Source: a bacterium ADurb.Bin212 (GTDB taxonomy: Bacteria > Patescibacteriota > UBA1384 > XYA2-FULL-43-10). From it: a stretch of DNA of 64,000 nt. The DNA lies in NCBI GenBank assembly GCA_002070055.1, contig MWCM01000004.1:10257-74256 (forward strand), read 5' to 3'. Below the pieces are notes generated by a model. The model made no database searches and had not been told where the DNA came from. It was given only the letters and a program-made list of their open reading frames with translations. A program made the translations under genes and the position numbers. The number at the start of each line of letters is the position of its first letter. Within the stretch, counting starts at the first letter, position 1. Shown here piece by piece: positions 37,764-49,900 of this stretch.

Positions 37764-38390
37764 TTAAAATATTTTTTTTAAGCTATTCATTACAGAATCA
37801 AAGAACTGTAATAGCTTGGGTTTTTCTTTGCCAAACATGTTGGTTACCATAATTGTTTCATGGCTTTTATCATTTTCCGTATACTCACCCTTAACAATAC
37901 CTATGCCAATATCGTCAAAATCGGGATTTAAAATATTTTTCCTGTGAGTTGGCGAGCTCATCCAAGCTCTCACCATACCTTCGGATGTTTGAAAATCCAT
38001 AGCTAGATTCTCGCCAGCATATAAGTAATTATAGTCCTGCTCGGCAATAAAGTTCCAAGGAGTGAGATTGTAAGCATAATGCTCAAAATAATCTCTGTTT
38101 AACATGTCCTGAGCCTTTTTTTCAGCAGCACTTTCAAGACGCTGGTCCTCTTCCAACGGCTTAAGACCTCTTATTTCTCGGTAGTAGTTTATCTGTTTAT
38201 AAACATTTTCTTTAGTAATTTCTGACGCATAAGCGCTGGCACTTCCCGCTCCGACTAACAAAGCAAGTAAAACCAATTCGCAAACCTTCCTTACAATATG
38301 CTTATGTTTTACAACGGCTTTAATTTCTACCTTTGGGTTCTGCTTGTAATCAATTGGGATTGAATTTTTTTGTTTTCTTTCGGTTTTCAT
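37764..38390 (-). CDS. CAP (SCP/PR-1, YkwD-like) domain secreted protein
   Basis: Signal anchor. CAP motifs are HYAYNL..., GENLA and MVRAWMSSPTHRKNILNPDFDDIGIG. Confidence 0.7.
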   Translation of the reverse strand: MKTERKQKNSIPIDYKQNPKVEIKAVVKHKHIVRKVCELVLLALLVGAGSASAYASEITKENVYKQINYYREIRGLKPLEEDQRLESAAEKKAQDMLNRDYFEHYAYNLTPWNFIAEQDYNYLYAGENLAMDFQTSEGMVRAWMSSPTHRKNILNPDFDDIGIGIVKGEYTENDKSHETIMVTNMFGKEKPKLLQFFDSVMNSLKKIF

Positions 38391-38558
38391 TTTTTTGTTT
38401 TTAGGTTTATTTTATATTTATTATGTTGTAATAAATTATATCATTATAGCACTGTAGACGACTCGTGTCAATACCTAGTACCACAATCAGGCTTGACACT
38501 CAAAAACAGACGTATTGTCACGGCCAAATAAATAGGTTATTATTGTTTTGTTTAGAAA

Positions 38559-38633
38559 GGGCCCATAGCTCAGTGGTAGAGCGCCCGGCTCATAACCGGT
38601 TGGTCGCAGGTTCGATCCCTGCTGGGCCCACCA
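38559..38633 (+). tRNA. tRNA-Ile2 (CAU; the lysidine-modified Ile isoacceptor) is the most likely identity
   Basis: GGGCCCATAGCTCAGTGGTAGAGCGCCCGGCTCATAACCGGTTGGTCGCAGGTTCGATCCCTGCTGGGCCCACCA. The variable loop and T-arm are close to E. coli ileX. The 1:72 pair is G-C, so it is not an initiator. Confidence 0.7.
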
Positions 38634-38645
38634 AAATTATTTATT

Positions 38646-38685
38646 TATAACATCGGTATCTGTTTACCGATGTTTTTTTGTTGAA
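38646..38685 (+). terminator. rho-independent terminator after the tRNA
   Basis: aacatcggtatctgtttaccgatgtttttttgtt: stem catcggta / taccgatg followed by T7. Confidence 0.6.
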
Positions 38686-38690
38686 AATGG

Positions 38691-40175
38691 TTGCTTAAAA
38701 AAAATATAAAATGGTATAATGTTTACATAATAATCATTAGTCAAATAGGGTCAGTTTTGATAGTTCATAAAAGATTTTGGGTAATAACTTGTGTCTCTCT
38801 TTTCGTGTTTACTCTCGTGATTTTGGGGGGGTTGTTTGTGTATCAAAATGCCTACGCCGGTAAGATCTACAAGAACATACACATATCTGGCATAGATGTC
38901 TCAGGGAAAACCAAGAAACAGGCAGAGATGGTATTAGATAAAAAGTTTGCATCCATCGGTAGCAAAAATGTGATATTTGTAGCCGGAGAAAAACATGTTT
39001 CATCAAAGTTATCGGAAACAGGCTTAAGTTTTGACGTGGACAAAAGTGTTAGCCAGGCCTATTCCATAGGCAGATCACACAAATTCTTTCCTCAATTGTA
39101 TGCATCTGCAAAAACCTCGGTTTCTCTCACCGACGTTGAGGTGCCGGTTTCTATCGACAACACCAAGTTGAATCTATTTATCTCTGAAAAACTACCAGAG
39201 CTTAATGTGGAGCCCATTAATGCTTCAATTACCATCGATCAAAATGGGGCGATTATTATAACTCCGGAGCAAGTCGGCCAACAAGTTGATACTTCAAACC
39301 TTGCCCAAACCCTAAGCCAGTTGGTATCCTTGAATCAAAAGTCATACGAGATTAAGCTCCATGCAATTGCAACTGATAGTGCGATAAACTCGCAGATGCT
39401 ACTTCAGCAAAAAAGCCAAGCAGAAAAATACATAAATTCCTCCATCCAGTTAACCTATGAAGACAAGATTTATACACCAAGTCGTCTAGATATATCAAAA
39501 TGGATTGTTTTTTCTGGCAATGTAGAATCTTTGACTGTTTCTCTTGATGAAAATGCCATCAAATCATATTTATCCATAATTGCTAAAAATTTCGAGATTA
39601 ATAAAAAAGACAGAAAAGTTAACGCTCTAGATGGAGCAATTATAGAAGAGGGGCAACAGGGAAAATACTTAGATAAAAACAAAGCATCCGAAATGATAGT
39701 TAAGGCTATTGAGTCGGGCTCAGGGTCCATTGCACTGAGCACCTACACAAAAGATCCAGAAGAGATCAAGGTCTTTCCCTCGGAAGGAATAGTTCCTGGA
39801 AGGTTTGAAGGAAAATATATTGATGTTGATTTAACTCAACAAAAACTGTGTCAAATAGAGGGCAACGTTGTGTTAAATTGCTACATTGTTTCTTCGGGCA
39901 AAGCGTCAACACCAACACCGGTTGGCACAAGATATATTCAAAGCAAACACCCCAAAGCATGGTCTGCTCCCTACGGACTATATATGCCGTGGTGGCAAGC
40001 CTTGGGCGGTGGCTATGGACTACACGAACTTCCAGAGTGGCCAAACGGCTACAAAGAGGGTGAAAGTCATCTCGGCACACCAGTTTCTCACGGTTGCGTG
40101 CGTTTAGGAGTTGGTGCCGCTGAAGCTGTTTACAACTGGACAGATATCGGCACCCCTGTTTATATTCACAAATAG
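38691..40175 (+). CDS. L,D-transpeptidase (YkuD catalytic domain) with an N-terminal TM and a long extracellular region
   Basis: The C-terminal catalytic motif is HLGTPVSHGCVRL. It has an N-terminal signal anchor. Confidence 0.7.
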   Translation: MLKKNIKWYNVYIIIISQIGSVLIVHKRFWVITCVSLFVFTLVILGGLFVYQNAYAGKIYKNIHISGIDVSGKTKKQAEMVLDKKFASIGSKNVIFVAGEKHVSSKLSETGLSFDVDKSVSQAYSIGRSHKFFPQLYASAKTSVSLTDVEVPVSIDNTKLNLFISEKLPELNVEPINASITIDQNGAIIITPEQVGQQVDTSNLAQTLSQLVSLNQKSYEIKLHAIATDSAINSQMLLQQKSQAEKYINSSIQLTYEDKIYTPSRLDISKWIVFSGNVESLTVSLDENAIKSYLSIIAKNFEINKKDRKVNALDGAIIEEGQQGKYLDKNKASEMIVKAIESGSGSIALSTYTKDPEEIKVFPSEGIVPGRFEGKYIDVDLTQQKLCQIEGNVVLNCYIVSSGKASTPTPVGTRYIQSKHPKAWSAPYGLYMPWWQALGGGYGLHELPEWPNGYKEGESHLGTPVSHGCVRLGVGAAEAVYNWTDIGTPVYIHK

Positions 40176-40240
40176 AGCTCTTAAACTAACCTAATTTCGA
40201 TTGTAGAAATTGCCCGAAGATTCTACAATTTTTTTGTTTT

Positions 40241-40893
40241 CTAAATTGTCTCCGCCAATATTGCTTTGGCTTGAGAATTATTGGGGTCAAGCCTCAAGAC
40301 AGCATTTGCATATTCTTGAGATTGAGATTTGTCCCCCATTTTTAGACTAATGGAGGCAGCAGAATTTAGCATTGTAATGGACCCCGGAGTGTGGGTTAAA
40401 CCTCTTTCTATAATCTCCAAGGCTTTATCAAATTTCGATTGGGATTGGTAATAAGCTGCGTAATTTATATATATCTGCGGACTTTTTGGGCTTGCTTCAA
40501 TGGCTAGCTGAAAGTTTTCTTCTGCCATATTTAATTCTCCCCTACTCTGATAAATTGTAGCTAACATATTATAAATTGTGGCAGATTTTAAGTTATTGTC
40601 ATTTACGAACTCTATAAATTTTTCCTCTTCTCCTAATTGATAGTAAAATGTTGCCAATCTGTTTTTTACTTCTTCGTTATTCGGCTCTTTTTTTAGAATT
40701 GACTCAAGGATTTTAACGCCACTCTCCTTATCTCCCCCATCAAATGAGACTATGGCATCATTCATAGAATTACCAGTTTGATATTTGGGAAATATAACCT
40801 GTAAAAGTAAACAGATGTGGAAGCAAGAATAATTGCCAAGCAAAAAAAGAAAAAGAGCAACTTAAGACTTCGTTTTTTTGTACTTTTTGTCAT
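40241..40893 (-). CDS. TPR-repeat protein, paralog of 53427-54083. Its N-terminal K-rich/TM segment is in a different frame from the TPR body, so it is a possible frameshift or pseudogene
   Basis: TPR body starting at ATG 40765 reads MNDAIVSFDGG...QSRGELNMAEENFQLAIEASPKSPQIY... It aligns with TPR2 residues ~60-218. ATG 40893 opens a 40-codon ORF, MTKSTKKRSLKLLFFFFAWQLFLLPHLFTFTGYISQISNW*. That ORF corresponds to the TPR2 signal-anchor but stops at 40771. Confidence 0.5.
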
Positions 40894-40932
40894 TGATTCT
40901 CGATGATAATTACTTACAATTAAGTTTAAAAA

Positions 40933-43900
40933 CTATTTGGACCATTTATCTCTAAGCCTTCCTACCCAAGAGAAGGTGTCTTCAAGAGATTTTAGCACAA
41001 CCTGCAGAAGTGATTTTTCTTTCGGCGGAGTAATCAAGCTAATATCATCGGAATATGCCACATTCCCCACTTTATCAATGGATTTGATACGAAAATGATA
41101 CGCCGAGTTTGGTTTTAGGTCCGGCAAAATAACTACATGTGAAGAGTTTAGTGATAAAATTGCTTCCGTTGTGTCTGTATACTCTCCGCCGATTCCCATC
41201 GCAAATTCTATTTGTGATGTTGCTGGCTCATCTGTGTCCCAAGATACTATCGCCTGATATTTAATAGACTCGCCGCTACCGGTAGAAGCAACTTCTGATT
41301 TAACATCAATGATCTTCGGCGCGTCAACATCTGTGGCAGTAGTAAATGAAGAGATAGCGGAAGTCGCTAAATTACCGAATTTATCTTTTGATAAGACTCG
41401 ATAATTATATGTGGTCTTAGGCTCAAGACCGATTAAGGAGACTGAATGCAAGTTTGTGGAATCAGCTTTTCCTTGAGTTCCAGATAAAATACTGTTTACT
41501 CCAAACTCAACATTGGAATCAGCCGAAACATTTGTTAACCATTCGACTGTTACAGAATTATAACCAACTTCTCTAACCATTACACTCGAAATAACCGGCA
41601 TAGCAAAGGTCTCGAAAGTATAAATATCGGAAACCGTTGTATTGCCATCAGCATCTGTTGTCTTGATTCTTAAATAATATTTAACTCCCGAACTAAGATT
41701 CTCCAGTTTAAAGGTGTGATCTGTATTCATGTTATTATCTGTTAGCTTAATGGCGCCTGTTGGAGTACTGTCTCCAGAAATTGCACTGTTTGAATACTCA
41801 ACTTCCGTTGTAGCAAGTTTTGAAGTAGACCAAGAAGTAACCGCGGAATCAATAGTGATGTCAGAGATCTCCATACCCTGAATTAATAGTGGTACTCTCT
41901 CTGGAGTAGTAAAAGACAAAACCTCGGAGTGCCCCGCAATCTGGATCTCGTTCTTGGAGAATGCTTTGAAGTAATACTTTGCCGAAGGATTCAGATTATA
42001 TAACCAAATCTCGTGGTTGTATGTAAGTTCAGGGCTTGCAGCAATCTGTACACTCGAACCATCCTTGGTCGTCATGTCCGCTCCGCTGTTAATTTCACCA
42101 GTTGAGTGGGCAACATTGGAGTCGGCTAGCTGGTCTGTGTTCCAAGTAATTTTTGCCCTTACTCCAGAATCTTGTCTCCAACCGAAAAGCTCTACCTGAG
42201 GTTCAGCTGTCACATCGGGAGCTGCCCCCGGTTGAGACGAAACTGGTCCAGCCGGTAAAGAGATATTGTGATTAGCATCTTCGCTAGTAACTTTGTAGGC
42301 GTATAAGTTATTTGTGTCTAAGTTGATATCCAAATATCCATTTTTGGTAGTGGTATCGATTTTTTGATAATTAATATTATCTGTAGATCTCCACACATTG
42401 TAATGATCTACATTAGCCGCATCATCCCAAATCAAGACTAGGCGATATTTGGAGGTAGCAATATTTGAGGCATCTTTAATTTGCAGATTAGCGGGTATTG
42501 GTCGTATCTCTGTGCTGATCTCAGCATCATTGAAATACATATCTCTAAACTTTATGTAAACATGACTAGCGCCAGTGATATCAAAATCAACCTTACTGGT
42601 TGAGTAATTTTCCCAATTCGCTCCTTCAAAATTTTCTTTGGTAGAAATTATCATTTCGATCGGATTAGAATCGTCATCGGCATTAATTGTGAGATTAGCA
42701 ATAGTATTGTTGGTAGCGTCAATGACTAATGTTGCGTTGGATGGATTTTTAGTATCAATACGCATGTTTGGCGATTCAGAGTTAGAACTCCCCTGACCAG
42801 CTACTGCTACATTAACTCTAACTTTAAAAGAGGTAGCCAAATACTGGCCGTCAAAATCGGCATTCATATCAATATATGCAACATGTGAAACCGGTTCATC
42901 AAAATTCCCGGATAGAATGCCTTTTTCTCCACTGATAGCAGAATCTGTAATTGGGTTCCAAGACAGATTACTGGGATTAAAGTAAGAAAAGGTAGTAGTG
43001 GATTCAAACCTTAGCTTAAAATCTACTCTTACCTTGCCTGGGTTTTCTGGGTCATTTCGATCAAGCTGTGTGGCTGATACGTCTATCGGAGCAATCGCCT
43101 TCGGTACCCCATCCATTGTAATTGAAAAATCAGAAAGGATCTCACTGTTGTCGCTTCGCCTAAATCCTGCTTTAAGTTTAAACCAATATTGCTGTTCGTT
43201 GGTAAGCCCCGAGATATCTTGAGTTTGCCACATGCCGGCACCATTAATGATTGGCCGAGGCGTAGCAAGTTCTACAAAGTCAACACCATTGCTAGATTGA
43301 AATATATGGATTTTGGCATCGGTATTTGCCGGGACATCAATAGGATTTTTCCAAGAGAGTGAAAGCTTCTGATCACCAGGGCCAACCGTAAAGTTATTGT
43401 TTGCGTTGTCTGTGTGATCATCATCCAAGTGGGTTGATCCTGGCACGTGAGTTGCCACAGCAATAGTCTCGGGAGGATTGGTCACAGGAAAAACGCCGCT
43501 TTTAACCAAATTCGTGCCCGGCCAGTTTCCAGCGATATGATCGTCCTTAAGAAGATCGCTGATAGCATAAGGCGAAGTTGGCGCAATACACTCAGAAACA
43601 TAGATTTTCCTTCTGCCCCCTTTATAGAGCTTAAAGATCTCATCATCTCCAGTAAAAGTGTGGGTACCGGCAGAGCTAGCTGGAAAAGCAAAACAATGGC
43701 TAGTGTCAGCGGCATCTCCAGTATCTCGGAAATACGGTAGTTCTTGATTGACTAGATAATTTCCGGATCCATCGTCTGCGCTACGATCCGGCGACCAAAA
43801 ATAGATATAGCCATAGCCGGTATCGGGATTTGCGGCGTAATCTGTTTTTACATAACCTAAAACATCGTAAGCAGTAACTGTTAGCGAAACCGGGCCACTT

Positions 43901-46900
43901 TCTCCGGACAGTTCACTGTCAACTGATTGATCCCAACTAGTGCCATCACGACTTATTTGTTCCGATAAGCCAATGTTGAAATGATCTAAACCTAGCGGTT
44001 TAACATAAATGTTAAAGTCGTGATGGATAGTTTCATTGCGCACACGAAACTTCATATTACGGCCGCTTGATTCTGACATGAATGCGGCAGGAGAAAAGGT
44101 ATGTATGCCGGCATCACCGGCCAGATAGCTGTAAGCGTTACCCTCAGTATCGTAAGTGAAGGAATATGAAGCTTGATTTTCCTGGGCATCATAAAGTTCA
44201 AACCACACCTTACGGTCAATATAATCGGTTTTAGTATTGGAAAACTGATCTTTAACGGTCACCTTTATATCGTAAGGAGCACCATTGCCGCCGATATCCC
44301 AAGTGGAACCAGATATCACATATTTACTCCACTCTGGAGTTGAAGCAGGATAATCTTCTAAGACAAAGTCAAAAGCCTCTCCCGGATTAACAGTTATGGT
44401 GGCTGAATTTAATATTAGCTGATCCACTGATTTGTTGTCATAGGCATCATGATGAAAAGTGATTGTATGGCTACCCACCTTTCGTAATTGGAAACTGTTG
44501 CTGAATATCTTTGAGCCTTGGTCTGAAGCTTGAAATTGATATTTTGCACTGGATTTTGCAGGCAGAATAGCGGGATAGGAGTAACTGTCTGCAGTAGATG
44601 TAAACCAGATTTGAGCATCGGAGCCGTAGTAATCGAATTTAACATTATTTAGCGAATCATAGGCTGTTATAGTACCGGAAAAGGTTTGATCTGTTGTTCG
44701 AGTGGTTTCATAATCAGTAAAAGTAAAGTGATCTAAATTCCCCGGATTCACCTGAATGGTAGTAGAAGCATCGCTCCAGCCTTGGGAGGGAGTTTCCGAA
44801 GCAGTCAGAGTATAAGTTGATGACGATGAAACAGTATTTTTGTAATAAAATGAGGCGGTAGCCGAACCGTTTGCGACAGTTAGCTGGTTACTTGGTATGG
44901 CTGTAGTACAGTTTGAGTTTGAATAAAAACCACCACTAGCCTCGCCATCAGACAAGATGAAGGTTGAGGTTGCCTGGCGACCGGCTTCCATCTTGACTGC
45001 TTCATTTATAGCATTGCGTACTTCAAAAGTGATAATTGATGAACAAGTAGAAGTATCGGCGCTGCGAATAGTTTGACCCCCACCAACTGTAAAGACTGTT
45101 TTATCAATTGGAGAGACTGTAAAAGAACTTACCGAAGAATAACTGCTATAGTGAGCTGATCCATCGAAACTATCAATGCCACCCGGATCGATAGCAGATA
45201 TACGAACATAATATGTATGGTTTTGAATAAGCGGAGTTGATGAGCTAATAGTAGCAGAAGCGGTAGTGCCAGAGGCATAGGCAGTAGAGCCTTGAGAATC
45301 TTGCCCGCTAAACGCTACTGTTAGACCATTATCGGTAACTGTTTGACCAGCAACATCAGAACCTTGAGTGAAAGTATGATTATTAGTAGTAAAGCCACTA
45401 TCATCGGCTAGCTCTAGCTTGTAGCGCAGATAATCAGACACATTTGGCGTGCAAGTACCTGCTCCTTCACCATCGACTGAACAATTGATTGTATCTGTGG
45501 CGTTAAAAGCAAACTCTTTAACTTGTGATTGATTGGTTGCTCCATTTGTTGGGGAGGAGATAGCGGCTGAAGAGGGAGATACATTGACATAGACAGAGCC
45601 GTTGGTGCCAGCTGGAGAACCTGTCCCACCATTTGCTGTTAGGGTTGATGGACTGGTATAGGAATCGAGTGCACGAAGCACAATGCGACCACCGCCACCG
45701 CCGCAATACCCTGATTTTGCGCCTCCATTAACAGTGATTGTACCACCGTTACTATTTATTGTTCCTGCTTTGATATTTATAGTGCCTCCGGCACCATTAC
45801 CGCTGACATTACTTTTCCCATTTGCTGAAATAATACCTGCGTTAGTAAATGTTTCTGATACATTAAGTAAAACCGCCCCTCCACCAGTACCGCTGTACCC
45901 GCCAGAACCCAGATAAACAGGATTTGGCGAATAAGTGGCACCATAAGTTGACCCGCCATTTCCACCCGTTCCTCCATATGAGCCTCCGGAATACTGGGTG
46001 CCTGAATACCCAGGACCACTATGTGCATAGAATCCCAACTCATCTGCTTTCAATATTCCGCCACTTTCAACAGTAACATTAGTGGCATTTATGGTAGCCG
46101 CCCCGCCTTTGCCATCGTTTAGCGTTGGGTCGCCATCAATTTCTAATATTCCACCACTTTGAATGGTGATATTGCCAAAAGTATAATCATTGGTGCCATC
46201 TGTACCCAGTCGATAACTTTGACCATTTGCAATGGTCCAACTAGTTCTTTTTTGCTCGTTAAAATAAATAGTTCCGGCATACCCTTTGTCGTATGAAAGT
46301 ATAGTTTTAACACTTACACCTCCCAAAAAATTATCTGTTGTGACACCAGCAAAACTAATTCTACCGCCACCACCGGTACCTGTGTTACAACTTGGTTCAC
46401 CGCCTTTTGCCTCAATTTTACCTGTACTTGACCCAGTGAGTATTGACGCAGTGATATTTATTGATCCGCCGGAGCCACTACCAGTGCTAGCGCAAGTATT
46501 TGATGTGAGACCATTTGCTGATATTGTGCCATTTACCGTTAATTCCCCAGATAAAGACAGTATTACCGCCCCTCCACCAGAGCTCCAACGATATCCACCC
46601 CAACTGTCATTACCTCCCGATCCTTTGCTTCCAAGGCTTATGGGATTTTCTATAGAACCATAACCGCTTTTAATATTACCGTATCCCTTTCCTCCATAAG
46701 TTCCGCCGACCATACCACCAGATCCTTCACCTGGTCCGCCAGAAGAGATCCCAAGTCCATCAGCTTTTAATATGCCTCCCTCATCTATAGTAATATTATT
46801 TGCATATAAAGTAGCTGCTCCACCCCCGGAATCATTCATTAAGGGGTTGCTATCTAGCTCTAAAATCCCGCCGCTTTGAATCGTGATATTGCCAAAATTG

Positions 46901-49900
46901 TAATTGTTTACTCCGTCAGAACCCAAGCGATAAATTTGACCGTTTGAGATAGTCCAGTTAGCTCTCTTGTCGGGACTCAAATAAATTGTTCCAGCTCTGC
47001 TATCTTCGGCATCGCTTCCGTTGGCATTTATTATTCCGGAATAGCTATCCTTTTCCACTCCAGCAAAACTAATTCTACCGCCACCACCACCATAACCACC
47101 TAAAATTGGGTCTGTCATCTGTCCGCCCTTTGCCCTAACAATTCCATTGCCAGTTAGTTCTTTGGTCGAAATATTAATTGATCCTCCCGAACCATATCCT
47201 ACATAAGAACAGCACAAATACCCCATTCCATCAGATGTTACAGAGCCAGAAACGTTAAAAGAGCCTTTTGCAGCTATTATTGCTGCACCGCCCCCAGAGC
47301 TCTCATTGATATTATATCCTCCGCTACCTAAATCAGTTGGGTTTTCAAAAGAACCATAAGTGTTTTTTGTATTTAAAAATCCAGTACCGCCATAGGTAGC
47401 TCCCATCTGACCTCCAGTGCTCGCACCCGGACCACTTCTCTTCTCATACCCCTTACCATCAGTATTTATACTCCCCCCACTCTGCAAATCTATATCCCCC
47501 TGTACTGCTAACATCAATTTGTATTGCTCGGTTGTGGTGTTTGCAGTATGTGTAATAGTGCCACCAGATTGAACTACTACATCACTAAGAATGGTTTGAG
47601 TAACGGCATTACTCTGCTCTAGGGTGCCGGTGCCGGTAACGGTGATACTTCCACCGGTGCCGATGTTGTTGGTGAATTGTAGAGTAGTAGCATTGCTTCC
47701 CCCAAGTACTAGAGAGCCGAAGTTAATATCGGCATTAGTTGTTATGGTGTTGGCAGTGTCTAGGGTTACGGTATCATTGGGGTCGGGAGCTCCGTCCGGG
47801 TTCCAGTTGTTACCATCATTCCAAACAGTGGTGCTTGCTCCACCATCCCATGTTTTGGCAGTGCTTGTGGTATCCCAGCCAACACAGTTATCCTGAGTAG
47901 TATTTAGAGCATAGATGGTACCACTAGAATTATTAGAATCTGTTACATCTACATAATTAGCATAAACATTACCGCTATCTGCTATATTCCATCTAGTACC
48001 CGGGGTGTTAGACAATAAAGTTACCAAACTACCACTTTCTCCAGCGAAACGAAGATTAGTACCGGCAGAGGTGGTAATGGTCTTATTGGCAACAACAGTA
48101 TAGCTACCACCAGCGGCAAAGTTTAACGTACCAGCAGTTAGGTTGATATTGTTTGCTATAGTAGCAGTGCCGGAAATAGTAGCGCTACCGCCAGATTTGT
48201 CTACTGTTATTACACCGCTTGGTAATATTCCCCCCGAAGCAACAGACATAGTTTGGGTGCCGGTGCCAGTAAAGTTGATGGGGGAATTGCCACCACCGAA
48301 GGTGCTTTCTACTACTACATCACCCTTGGCTTCGATGGTGCCGGTGTTTACTTTACCTACATTAAGACCCAGAGTACCATTGACAATAATACTGTCACCC
48401 GAAGTAATAGTTAAAGTATATGCATTATTGGGCATGTCAACGGTAAAGTTATAGAAATCTTCAGTAGCCTGAACATCTATTACAGATGTTGAAGACGCAA
48501 ATTTCCAGTAGAATGCAACCGTACCGTTATTATGATTAAAGATACCGCTTTCACCAATAGTAAAATCAGCAGCATTTGCAAAGATCATGGTGCCATTAGC
48601 TGGCGCGTTAAGCGTACCATTTTGTAGATCTATACTTGGCAACATCCAACCATCTGAGATATTTACTGTTTGACCATCATTAATAAGAATTTTACCATCA
48701 CCGCCACCAAATGTTGCCGAACTCGAAAGTGTGCCGTTTAGATCAATGATTCCACTTCTAAAGCTCCCTTCTGTTAGTGTTAGCGCTCCATCCACCTTTA
48801 ATGTGTCTCCAGTGGCGACAGCAAGATTGTATGCGTCGTTAGCTAAATTAACTAAGAGACTATTTATTTCTAAAGACGAGGGAGAATCAATTGTAAAAAT
48901 CGTTGAGTCGCCCCCACTACCAATAAGAGCAATTGTGCCGTTATTGTGATTAAAGATACCGCTTTCACCAATAGTAAAATCAGCAGCATTTGCAAAGATC
49001 ATGGTGCCATTAGCTGGCGCGTTAAGCGTACCATTTTGTAGATCTATACTTGGCAACATCCAACCATCTGAGATATTTACTGTTTGACCATCATTAATAA
49101 GAATTTTACCATCACCGCCACCAAATGTTGCCGAACTCGAAAGTGTGCCGTTTAGATCAACTGTTCCAGTTGATAATTTACCAACAGCTGTATTTAATAC
49201 ACCAGCCACTGTTACGGTATCATCTGAATTAATTTTTAGGTTGTACCCATTACTTCCAAGATTTATTGTTAAATTATAAAATATCCCATTGTTTGGAATA
49301 TCAATTGATGCCAATGTAGCACTGCTTGTGCCAGAAAAGACCACCGTGCCACTGTTGTGACTGAATGTACCGCCACTATGGATAAATTTTGCCATTGAAG
49401 CAAATGTCATCGTCCCCGAAGTAGCCGTAAAGCTGCCACTGTTAATTACTAGGTCGCTACCATCTCCGCTAAAGCCGATAGCAGCGTCTCCCCCTGTGAA
49501 GGTGCCGGAGTTCTGGATGAAGGCGCTTGTTCCTATGGTGATAGAGTTAGAGTTTTGGGTAATGGTAGCAGTGTAGTCGGAGATAAGAAGACCAGCAATA
49601 TTGATAGATGTATCAATGTTGCAGTTACCTAAGTGGCTTGAGTTAAAGTAGGCTCTCTCTCCTGAGGTAGGTACATGGCTTAGAGACCAGTTGGCGGTAT
49701 TGTTCCAGTTAGAATCTGTATCTGCTATCCAATTGTTAGTAGCTAAGGGAGAGGAGCTAAAGTCCCAGCCAGTGTTGTTACCGGAGTCTATAGAGTTAGT
49801 AGCTACTATATTGGCAGTAGCATGGTTAGTATTGTAAGAGTCTTTAACATCTAGGTAGTCTGCTGTAGTTAATCCACAGTTGTTTTCAAAGTACCAAGTA

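Noticed and set aside
38465-38650. 61-aa ORF overlapping tRNA-Ile2
   Set aside because: It is completely overlapped by a well-formed tRNA gene and its terminator.
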